A DNA stretch of 64,000 nt. It comes from Eutreptiella sp. 'Long Island Sound 2002'. Taxonomy: Eukaryota; Protista; Euglenida. Below, piece by piece: positions 50,690-61,329 of this stretch (position 1 is its first letter; each line of letters opens with the position of its first letter). The notes under the pieces were generated by a model. The model worked only from the letters and a program-made list of their open reading frames with translations. It searched no databases and was not told where the DNA came from. Location: assembly GCA_964036045.1 (NCBI GenBank), contig OZ038378.1, positions 145,762,001-145,826,000 on the forward strand, given 5' to 3'. The translations under genes and the position numbers were made by a program.

Positions 50690-51600
50690 AAACCTAGTAA
50701 ATCTCATGACATCTAGTAAAACGTGGTAGAATCTAGTGATTTCTCGCAAAACCTAGTAAAATCTCGTGACATCCAGTAAAACGTGAGTGATTTCTCGGAA
50801 AACCTAGTAGAATCTAGTAACTTCTATCAAAAGACCAAGTTAAAGTCTGTAGAATCCAGTGAAATCAGGTAAAACCAAGTAACACGTGGTAGAACCTCTA
50901 GTAGAACATCGCAAAAACCATTGTAAAATCCAGTAGACTCTCTGAAACCCAAGTAAAATTAAGGAAAATCTCTTAAAACCTAGCAAACTCCAGTAAAGTC
51001 CAGTAAAAAGTCTTGTAAAACCTAGTAAAATCTAGTCAGACCATCAGACCATAGTAATTTCTGGCAAAAAAAACTTGTAAATCCAGTAGAGTCGAGTAAA
51101 ACCAAGTAAAATCTAGCAGAACACAGCAAAACCTAGCAAAATCTAATGGAATCTAGACCTAGTAAAATCCAGTAAAGTCCTATCCTAGTAACATGTCGTA
51201 GAACATAGTACACTCTAGCAAAACCTAGTAAAATCCCGTCGAACATAGTAACTTCTCGCAAAACCTAGTAAAATCTAGTAAAATCTAGTAAAACCTGGCA
51301 ACATCTGGTCGAACTTAGTAACTTCTAGCAAAACCTAGTAAAATCCAGTAAAATCTAGCAAACCCTGGTAACATCTAGTAGAATGTAGTAAATTCTAGCA
51401 AAATCTGGTAAAATCCAGAACAATCTATGAACATCTAGTGGAACATAGTAACTTCTAGCGAGTAAAACCTGGTAACATGTAGTAGATCATAGTAAATTCT
51501 AGCAAAACCTATTCAAAATCCAGTAGAACATAGTAAATTCTAGCAAATCCTAGTGAAACCTAGTAGAATCTAGAGACAACCCAGTAAAATCTACCAGAAC
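50690..51600. repeat. degenerate ~10-bp CTAGTAAAAT minisatellite, block 1 (intron 1)
   Basis: Direct reading. Confidence 0.9.
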
Positions 51601-52089
51601 ACAGTCAATTCGCTGTTGGGGGGGACCAAACAACGGCCAAGGTCCATCGCCAAATGTCATCAGGAGTACCCACAGCACGAGGTCAAGAAGAGCCCAGAAC
51701 AATTCCTTTTGGTGGGCTAATGGGTGGGTGACTGAGGGCTTGGATGATAGTTGGGCCGAATGCAATTAACTCGGAAAAATGAACAAAGACGGCATCATCT
51801 CATGTGACCGCCCCATTCCCGCAATCGTGGGTGGTAGCAAACATACGCGGGCACGCAGAGGGCCGGCTGCTGCCGAACAGCAGAACCCGGTCATGCGTAA
51901 CAAGAACAAGGCACAGATGAGGTTCGTCGGAGCAAGAATGTGATGGGAGGGACCGGGAGAGAGTGTGGAGGGCTGGTTGATGGGGGCATGTCACGCATCG
52001 GGGTGGGGGAGGGGCAGCGGGGGCTGGGTACGGATGATGGTCAATGTGGAGGGCACAATCGTTGGAATGGACTATGGGGTCGGTTACCC

Positions 52090-52790
52090 TGTAAAATCTA
52101 GTACAACATAGTGAATTCTAGTTAAAAAAAAAACAGGAAAATCAAGTAGAATCTAGTAAAACCCAGTAAAACCAAGTAAAATGTAGTAGTGCCCAGAAAA
52201 TTTTGGTAGAAACTACTAATCCTCGTAAAATCCAGTAGAGTCTTGAAAAGCGTACAAAACTCTATTGGAACGAGCAAATTCCAGCAAAATCTAGCAAATC
52301 TTGGTAAAATCCAGTAAAAATACTAGTAAAACCTGGTAAATCATGTAGAAAATGGTAAATTCTAGCAAAACCCAGTAAAATCTAGTGAAACCTCGTGAAA
52401 ACCAGAATAATTCTGGTTTAACCTGCAAAATGCGAATAGAACATAGTAAATTCTCGCAAAATCTAGTAAAAAATCTAGTAGAATCTGGTAAACTTCAGTA
52501 AAATCTGCTGAACTGGCACAAACTGTTGAAATCTAGTGGAACATACTACAGTAAGCTAGTACAATTTGGGAGAACCTCGCAAAACCCAGTCAAAACCAGT
52601 AAAATCTGGCAGAAACTAGCAAAAACTATTGAAATCTGGTGGAAAATAGTAAATTCTAATAAAACACAGTATAATTTAGTAGAACCGAGGAAAATCTGGT
52701 CAAAACCAGTGAAATCTGGTAAAACCTAGAATCCACTGACATCTAGTAAGAACTAGCAAAACCTAGTACATTCCAGCAAAACAAGGCACC
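52090..52790. repeat. degenerate ~10-bp CTAGTAAAAT minisatellite, block 2 (intron 1)
   Basis: Direct reading; same orientation as block 1. Confidence 0.9.
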
Positions 52791-52917
52791 ATCCAGAAGA
52801 ATGTTGCAAAGCCTGGTAGAATCTGATGACAAAAATCGTTTGTCAAAGTTGCTGGAAAAATTTTGCAACTACGTTCTGGTGGAGACCCACTGTTTTCAAA
52901 AGAAGAAAGAACAAGAC

Positions 52918-53955
52918 CTGCATGCCGCCAAGGAACGCCTTCGCCTGGTCCCGGTCGAGGGTGAGGCTGGAGAAGCCGCCCCATACGATGCGCCGGCCGG
53001 TCTGGAAGTAGTCGGGGAGGGAGAAGGTGAGCCCGCGGAACAGCACGACCTCACTGGACGGGAGGCGCTGGATGGCCCGATCCACGTGGACCACGAAGGG
53101 GCGGTAGAGGGCCCATTCCTGCCGAAGTTTGGGCGGGGGGACCCGTACTGCCCCGAGATCGCGGCAGATCTGATTGCACACGGCGTATAACTGATGGACG
53201 TGGTCCTTCCCGTCCGCGTCCTTCAACTGTGCCGAGTACCACAGGATCGCGAACAAATCCGCGTCGGACATGGCGGGGACGCCGTGCGCAAAGTAGGTCT
53301 CGATGTACTGTCGCATGCGCGCCGGCAGTTTGGTGTTGCGGTGCCACTTGTTGCGTTCCCGGGTGACGCTTGCGATGAGGGTCTCCGCCCCCGGGGGGGC
53401 CTGGCGGAAGGCCAGCAGACTGTCGTCGATGTCGCTGAGGGCGGCGTCGATGATGGCCCTGGGGAATCGGCCGGGGTCCTGATTCGGCAAGTCCCGGACC
53501 CAGTCTCGGAGCGGGGGTACGGGGGCCTTCAAGTCGAAGTGCTGCGTGTAGAAATGTGCGTTCCCAGAGGAGCTATCGATACGGCCCTTCGCAGTACTGG
53601 TGTCGATGGGCGGGTCCTTGCCGGAAGGCTGCACATCAGGCGATCGCGTGCGCTCCTCGGTTGCGTCCCCTGCCTCCAGTACTTTGCCCTCATTGGCGAG
53701 CATCTCCTTTGCAATGGCATGCACCTGTTTCAGTCGGCGATACAAAGTGCGGTGCTGCCGTGAGCTGTGGGGCGTGCCACGGCCATGCACATCCTTGACC
53801 TCAAGCAGCAAAGTGTGGCCCGCGTCGATCCAGTTCATAAACCTCTCCATCAGCGACTCGGGCCATGCCTCGGAGGGCGGCTCAATGCCCTCAACATCCG
53901 ACCCCGAGACCGTGGTCTCAGAATCCGACTGGTCATCAAAGCAGCTGCCGGGCAT
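52918..53955 (-). CDS. ART-NACHT-dynein fusion gene, exon 1 (ADP-ribosyltransferase domain, first part)
   Basis: AILWYS...LYAVCN...RAIQRLP.SEVVLFRGL...GRRIVWGGFSSLT is the R-S-E (Vip2/ART-like) fold pattern; donor ATGCAG|GTCTTG; 346 codons, phase 0. An upstream exon is not excluded. Confidence 0.8.
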
Positions 53956-54769
53956 CCCAGAGCCCCATGCAACGCAAACGGCACCTCAGGAATCTCGCTC
54001 GCCGACTTCAACCGGCCGCATTTGGTCAGGCACAGGCTCTTCTCATTTACGAGAGGCGAAGAAAAGAGACACTCAGAGATGGAAAAGCAAAGACACCAAA
54101 TAGGTGCGGCACAGAGATGGGTATGAGGGGCTCGGGGTGGGGGGGGGGGGGGCGTTGGCACTGCACGGACTGCGGGCACATGTCTTTTCGGCAGACGGCC
54201 AACAACCCCAAAGCCTAGCCCCCCTCCAACAACGCCAATTTACTGGCCACGGTCGTGAAAGGGAGAGGCAATAAACCCGAAAAAGTGGTTTAACAAAAGG
54301 TGCCTGCATGTATACACCACTATATTGTCCCCTATTCTGGGAAAATTCTGGGAAAGGGATGGTCACCCGGTGTTCCCCTCGCAGTATGTGTTGGGTCACA
54401 TGTATGCACGCGTACGTGTGGTTGTTGAGAGGGGCCCAGTAGCTGGCCCCCCCATCCAGGGGGTATTCACAATATGACTGCCAATCGTCATACACACTTA
54501 GTGCTTCCGATGGGTCCTCAGTAATGCCCATTTGCAATGCAGTGGACCGCTCTTCATCTGCCGATAAACTGGAGCTCCTGTAAATGGGGGTGGGTGCATC
54601 CCCTCTCTAGCGCTGGTATATGACCCATCGGTCACATTTGGTTCTGATGGCAGCAATAAAGTCCGATGTGGCTCATCTTGCTTCTGGCAATTCAAAGCGC
54701 CGGTCAAGCGGGGGTATGGGGGAATGTTTGCTCAGCGGATTCATGGTGCGCTGCTTTTGTATTGAGCAT

Positions 54770-54980
54770 CCTGACTTAAGCCCCAGTGTTACCCTTCCCT
54801 AGAGAAGCCCCCCTAGTAGACCACAATCGACCACAAACCCTCCTTACAAAGCACACCACAGCATACAAAATCTGCAAATTCGATTTGCTCAACACGTGAT
54901 ATGCGATGTGCGTAATAAATAGTGTCACCCCCAACACACTCCTAAAAGAACCCCAATGCCACAAACGAGCAAACAATTGT
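54770..54980 (-). mobile_element. PIF/Harbinger transposase C-terminal fragment
   Basis: MFARLWHWG... continues the EQLFARLWH motif of the 55420 ORF. Confidence 0.55.
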
Positions 54981-54988
54981 TCATGTTA

Positions 54989-55779
54989 GGGGGAATGTTT
55001 GCCCGGCGCGCGCCCGGCGCGCGCCCGGCGCGCTATTTTTAGACTATGTTCCCCCCGAAGAGCCCCCAAGCACACCCCTTGGAAACGCCCTTAGAATTAG
55101 GTGACCCAAACTGCCCCAGCTCAAGAAAGTTGCAAACTGGGGTACACGAGACCACTCTCGCTCCTTTAAGGGCGATCTTGGTCAACACCTTAGCAAGCTG
55201 GGAGAATGAGGGGTTAGGATAGCACAACCGCATCGATCTCCAGTAGAAGCGATAGGCGTTATTGAGGTATCGCGAACAGTAGAGCTGCATCATAACATTG
55301 GTCCCACAAGTGTGGGTGTCAATACATTCAGTACAATAGTGCTCCTTACACTCATCACAAACTGCGACGGTGGAGCGTTCTGGCAACACAACACACACAC
55401 TTCTGCCTCATCCTCTGCCTCATCTTGCGTGCCACAACCGAGCAAACAGCTGCTCAATGTGTGCCCTATACCACCCGTGCACGTCATTGTAACATTGTTG
55501 GCGGGCTGTCAAAGTGCCATTCTTTCTTCCAATGAATGGCACAATGACATGAATCCGGCCCTTATAAGCACCATCATGGCCCCCAACTTCGAAACCAAAG
55601 AAATCACCTCGGGTACGAGAAGGTCCATACCCATCCCAAATCAAAACATCTGCTGATGTCCCGGGGGCCAAGGGGCAAATCCATATAATGTTGCCCAACA
55701 TATCAACGGCAACAGTCCACCGGTAGGGCACGGGTCACAAAAGATGCCCGGCGCACGCCCGGCGCGCTAACGTTCCCCC
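54989..55779 (-). mobile_element. PIF/Harbinger non-autonomous element with intact ends
   Basis: TIR GGGGGAA(T/C)GTT, TTA target duplication (54986-54988 / 55780-55782); internal DDE_Tnp_4-like segment GHDGAYKG..VIVPF..RK..LTARQQCYN..H..YRAHIEQLF; Cys-rich CDECKEHYCTECIDTHTC. Confidence 0.85.
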
Positions 55780-55782
55780 TTA

Positions 55783-56470
55783 TGCCCTATGCGAGGCGTA
55801 TGATGCATTAGACGACTTTATACGCCTTGTCAGCCTGGCAAAGTGCTATTCTATCTGCCCACAAAAGGCAAACATTCACTCGCCCCTTGTATGCCCCATC
55901 ATGGCTCCCAACCTCTAAATGAAAGAAATCACCTCGAGTTGAGAACTTTGATGCCCATCCTGTGGATTGTGGCACCATATCCCCAAACCAAGGGGCTACA
56001 CACCAAACTGTGTGGAATTAAAGCTAGCTACATGACCCCCTGCCTTCTTGGGGTCCCCAAAGCAAGAAGGAACCAAGATTTGCTACATAATCCATGCCTG
56101 CTCCGAATGGTGCCCATAGGCATCCGCATGTGTGTGTCTTGGAAAAAGTGAAAGAGGTTGGTCAAGGGGCAGGTTAAGCCCGAAAAGATGTCCACCACGT
56201 GCTTGGCGTGCTGACACTCCCCCATGGTGTATTCTCGGACACTCTCCCAATAACTAGGACTTCCCAATAGCCGATGCCTTTAAACATCGCCAACAGTGAT
56301 CTTTGGACCAACTCAAGCGACGGTCCTGCAAGGACGAGTGAGAGGTGTATAGGCTAGGTACGTGTGGTTTTAGATGGCCCATGACCATTCATCTGCCCAT
56401 GGCCCCATTTGTGCTTGTCTCCACTAACCCCCCGTCATATTGTCATAAAACGACCATCGGAATGGTGTGG
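55783..56470 (-). mobile_element. decayed PIF/Harbinger transposase fragment
   Basis: Nucleotide similarity to 55540-55690 (CCCCTTGTATGCCCCATCATGGCTCC...AAAGAAATCACCTCG). Confidence 0.6.
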
Positions 56471-56912
56471 CAATATTGACCTTGCGTATTGCGGCAGCTT
56501 TACCCACCGTAGGAGGTGAGCGGATAAGATGCACGCCAGCCCGAGGACACTGAAGTCCCATGAGCTGGAAAGTCCCACATGAGCCCACCACAGGAGCTTC
56601 CACATGAGCATGTCACAGCACACTGCACCGTGGTGGAGATGGAGTGCAGAGTTTTGGAAACACTTGTGCCAAAAGCACCAATGCCAGCATTGGTCATCGG
56701 GCCTAAAAGAATTAGACTTATAGCGGGGGCCTGCAGGAATCAGGCTTGTAGCTCGGGCCTAAAGGAATTAGCCTTATACTGCACACCCCTGCACGGGAGA
56801 CACAGTGTGACATGAGTTGAGGTGCTGGGCTATGGAATGGTTAATAAGATTTGCTTTGCTCTTCCAAGTGGGTGTCATGCTGTGCATCATGTTGTCTGCA
56901 CTACTTCAACGG

Positions 56913-57002
56913 TGGATTGGATTGGATTGGATTGGATTGGATTGGATTGGATTGGATTGGATTGGATTGGATTGGATTGGATCCGATTGGATTGGATTGG
57001 AT
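56913..57002. repeat. (GGATT)n microsatellite
   Basis: Direct reading. Confidence 0.95.
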
Positions 57003-57250
57003 GACAAGAGGCTTCTGCCACTGCGGCAACCCTCGGATTGCCCTGCAGCTGCATGCCCACGCAGGTCCAAGCCGGAAACCATCGACGTTCTAATGCGGGG
57101 TGTGTTTGTCGTGTGCCGCTTGCACCCAGACCGCCTGCTGCGTGCCATGCCCCCAAACATCCCCAGGGATGACGGCCCTGGGCCCTGAGCTGAACGCGCT
57201 GGCGTGAAGCATCGTGTTGGCATCATCAGAGACTGTGTGGGGTGGACGTT

Positions 57251-57627
57251 GGGGGAACGTTTGCCCGGCGTGCGTCCGGCGCATGCCCGGCGCGCTACCT
57301 TTGTATTAAGTATCTTATCTCTAGCCCCAAGTTTATCCTCACCTTGGGAAGTCCCCCAAGTGGACCACACTAGACCGCAAACCTTTCGTGCCAAGCACGT
57401 TGTATAAGCCGAAATATGAGAATTCAACAACACAAAATGTCACTTCCACCACTTCCAACCACCACCCTTGCCATCGTCATAAACTGGATGCAAAGGATGG
57501 GCCAAATTCTTAGACACGGCGAGAAGGTACTCCAAATTGTTTGGTGAGGGGAGGTAAAACAGGCACAAGTGGGGAATGGTCCAAAAAAAAGATGCCTGGC
57601 GCGCGGCCGGCGCGCTAACGCTCCCCC
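57251..57627. mobile_element. PIF/Harbinger MITE (377 bp)
   Basis: GGGGGAACGTT ... AACGCTCCCCC TIRs with GTT/GTT 3-bp TSD; GCCCGGCGCGC subterminal repeats. Confidence 0.85.
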
Positions 57628-57689
57628 GTTGATTTCACACTGCAATGTGCTACTGACGAACGGAACAGGCAACCTGGCGAGGATTTTTT

Positions 57690-58310
57690 GTGGTTTGGTG
57701 ACAAGGTTTGGGGTTCGGTGAGGAGTGTGGGGAGTTCGGTGACGAGTTTCGACGTTCAGTGACGGATTTTGGGGGTTTGGTGACGAGTTTGGGAGTGTGA
57801 TGACGAGGCTTGGGGTTCGCTGACAAGGTTTGGGGTGCGACGACGACTTTTCGGGTTTGGTGACGAGTTTTGTGCGTTGGCTGACGAGTTTTGGAGAAAT
57901 CCCGAGTTCTTGGGTTTGGTGACGAATTTCGCAGATTGTTGAGGAGTTTTGGGGTTCGCTGACAAGTCTTGGGGGTCGGTGACGAGTTTTTGGGTTTGGT
58001 GATGAGTTTTGGGGCTCCGTGGGCGCACACGCCGCGGCAGTAGGTCCGGAACCAGAGCCCTCGCCGGGGTACTCACCGGTTGCGCGGTCACTGACGCCAT
58101 CGTCGGAGGCCTCATCGCCTCTGCCACCTTCTCCAGTGGATTCGCCAGTGGCAAGGCCATTGACCCCAAGTCCACAGCTGCCGCCCTCTCCTGTGCACTC
58201 ACTGGTAGCTGGGTCACGGACACCGAGCCCACAGTTGCCACCATCTCCCATACACTGGGCGGTGGCATGGTCACTGACGCCAAGCCCGCAGCCAAGCGTG
58301 TCCATGCCCC
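57690..58310. repeat. degenerate ~20-bp (GACGAGTTTTGGG) array followed by ~51-bp tandem repeats
   Basis: Direct reading; the minus-strand ORF shows ~17-aa GLGV...ATGE.TGEGG periodicity. Confidence 0.7.
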
Positions 58311-60963
58311 CAGGGGATGCCAAAAGGCGCAAGAGAGCGAGGCGGTGGTTCCAACAACAAGCCGACTCACCAGCGGCGTAGTATCGCTTGTTCGTTGCGG
58401 TGTTTCCCTGTGCTAAGCAATTCTGCATTGTTCGATGTGGGGGGGCGGATGCGTCATGCTCATGGGGCCAGCTCACAGGGGGGAGGGGGGGGCATAGCAA
58501 TGGGCCGTACGCCGACTCCCTCCCACTTTCCAGTCACTTTCAGGGGGGTGGGGGGGGGGATGAGTCGGCGTCCAGGGCCCGGGCCTGGCGCCCCCCCCCC
58601 CCCGGTGGGCCAGCGTGCATTGCAATGCATAGCCAAGTCTGACGTCGGACCTCTGCCCCGAAGCTGTGGACCAGTGTGTTCGACGCCGGCCTGCCAGCGA
58701 GGCCCTTCGAACTTGGAACTCATGGTTTCGCTGATGAACGGTAGGAGGCTCAGGTCTGTTGGGCCTCGCAGTTTGAGGACGTTGCCGTGGGTCAGGGGCA
58801 CGGGGGAGGCAGGGGTAGGGCAAGGCGCAGGACTCGTTCCCCAGCCACCTGACCGCTCCTTAAGAGGATTAAGGGCCATCACCCCCACTGAGGCCTGTCA
58901 CCGGCCTCTGAACTGCTTTGCGCACGCCCAAGCGCACATCGTCTCTCTCTCTCTCTCTCCCTCCCTCTCTGTGCCCCCCCGTAAATCACTCTCAAGAAGC
59001 ACTGGCACCGGGTTGGGCGGCAGCCTTTCAACGCGACCTCTCTTGTGTTGTTTTTCAGGTTGTGGATGGCGTTTGGGGGAATCGGTGGTGTGGAGAACGC
59101 ACTTGTGGAGGAGCTGAGGCTCGAGTGAGCGAAGGAGCATTGGGGTGTGCAACTGCATGTGGAACGGAGTGGCGACGTCGCGCTGGGTGAGGGTTCAGGA
59201 TTGGGCTGTGTCATCTGTCGTGTCAAGAAGTTTGGCTGCAAGGTAAGTGTGGCAGCTTCCCGTCGCGCTCAGATACAAGAGGCGATGTCACACCAAATGG
59301 CAGAGGGGCTGTAGATCTTTATAGTTCTTTATATTTCTTTATATTCAATGGAAAGCTGGCAAGCCATTGTCGCTGCCACAAAGTACGGACCAGTACAATA
59401 GTGGAGCTCAGGGTTGCAAAATGTCAAAGGACAGGCAAACTACAGTCCCAATGGCTCAAGAATGCAAGTGAAAGAAAAGCATGTTTCAATGGGGAGGGGA
59501 CCGAGATGATATCGCAGCGCAAAGCCCCTCCACTCGCCCGTTGAGATGAGGGGTGGGGGAAATTGGCTTGCACCCCAACGGGGGGGGGGGGGGGGGTCAC
59601 AGATGTCACTAGAAGGAGGGGGGGGGGGGGCTGGGAAACGGACATCTGTGACGGGACCCCTGTTAGGTCCCCACTTACCGTCTTGTTTTTGGCCTATACC
59701 GGGAGGTCAAATTTGTATATATGTTCACATGTTTATACTCAAAATGCACAGAGTTCTATGGAGAATCCGTGTATGCATGCAAAGCATGAAGAAAACGGTT
59801 ACCACCACCACCAACCACGTTCCATGCAGCTCTGGATCCCCCAGCGGCAGGGTACAACAAGTTCTCTGCAAAGAGATCTTCACGCCCCTTCAGTTCAGCG
59901 CGTCGCGCTGATCATTTTGATACCCATATGTTGGGGTCCGACCCACCCGCTCCCGGGCTGACCCCGCCCGCCCCCCACCCCAGCCCCGTCACGGCTGGTC
60001 AGGAGGGGGGGGGGGGGGGAGGGGCGGAAATGGACATCCGTGACCCCCCCCCTGCCGCCGCCCCGGAGGCGCAGGCCCATTTTCGGGATCCCTAACGCTG
60101 CAGCTCCACGGTCGACCGGCCGGAGATCGTGCACCAGCTCGACGACAGGAGGCCGATCCAGGGGACCCACCGACGGCCCAGTGGATGGCAGACAGGGCCA
60201 CAGGGCAAGGCCTCGTCCAAACGACGCGTTGGAGGGAGGCTGCCCCGGAGGGCCCTGTCTCATGGCGGTGCGAAGGCGCTCGGGGGGCGACGGGCCCACG
60301 GGCCAAACACCAACGACAGGTCCCTCCCGTTGGCCGCGCCGTCGGGGCCCCGACGCCCCTTTCGGTGCGGGGGTTGGGGTCGGACCGACGGCGCACGGGG
60401 CCCATCGGGGCCAGAGCCCCCCCCCCCCCCCACCCGACCCGCCACAACCACCGCCCCTTTTCGGTGAGGCCCTTCGCAGCGTCGCTCGCGCACGCGTCGC
60501 CGGCCCCGCCCCCCGCGTTCCGTTGCGGACGAGGGCCCGGCACAAAGCCCCGGTCCTGCGCGCCCACTACGCCCCCCGCCGCCTCCCTCGCCAATGCGAC
60601 GGTGCGTGCCCCCTCACCACCGCGTCCCCAGCGATCCGGCGGGAGTGGGCGCGGCACACGCAGACGGGGGAGCGCTGAGCAGCAACGACCCACGCCGCCA
60701 GAGCACTGCGTCTGAGCGAGGCAGACGTCTCGCAGGCCTCTCATCCCGCCTCCTGCTCCTCCCCCTCTGTCGCCTCTGAGACGTGCCGCAGCGGTCGGTG
60801 GCAGACCAAGTTCAAGTCCCGGACATGAGAGAGACCCGAGGAAGAGGACAGGGGCACTATGACGACCAATGTGAGGCTGCAGCACGCCCGGGAGACGTCC
60901 TGCACGCCTCAAAGCCCCGCAGCCCGGGCGGGCGGCGCCGCGGCGGCGCGCGCGCGCGACGCG

Positions 60964-61329
60964 TCACTTCGCGAAGTACCACGACCGGACGCGGCGGGAC
61001 GCGGTCGTCGGCATCACGTTGCGGCCCACGGACTCGGCGAACCGGAGCACGCGGGAGCGGACGTCCGGGACCACGCGGTGCGCGGCCGCGCGGCAGTACC
61101 GCCGGGTCGCGGCGTCGTCGCAGTCCGACCACCAGAAGCCCCCGATGTAGCCCTGGGGCCGCAGCTTGGCCCACAACAGCGGCAGCAGCGCCAACTCCTG
61201 TGGCCCGTGTTGCGGGGCCATGAGGAAGATGAAGTCCAGTGACGCGTCTGCGACGCCATCCAAATACCGGGCCAACGGCATGTCTGCCATGTGAAGGATG
61301 GCGGCGTCAGCCCAGGGTTTCAGCAACTC
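60964..61329 (-). CDS. last exon of a class I SAM-dependent methyltransferase (Methyltransf_24-like)
   Basis: Pyrimidine tract plus CTCACAG|GAG acceptor; ASLDFIFL...LWAKLRPQGYIGG...VLRFAESVG..SWYFAK*; GC3-rich. Upstream exons not identified in the window. Confidence 0.65.
   Translation of the reverse strand, partial: ELLKPWADAAILHMADMPLARYLDGVADASLDFIFLMAPQHGPQELALLPLLWAKLRPQGYIGGFWWSDCDDAATRRYCRAAAHRVVPDVRSRVLRFAESVGRNVMPTTASRRVRSWYFAK

Noticed and set aside
54073-54537. 154-aa ORF upstream of the fusion gene as an extra exon
   Set aside because: No recognisable domain and no convincing in-frame donor/acceptor pair to 53955; not excluded without RNA data.
56817-57188. ORFs with WIGLD or IQSNP repeats
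   Set aside because: Translations of the (GGATT)n microsatellite.
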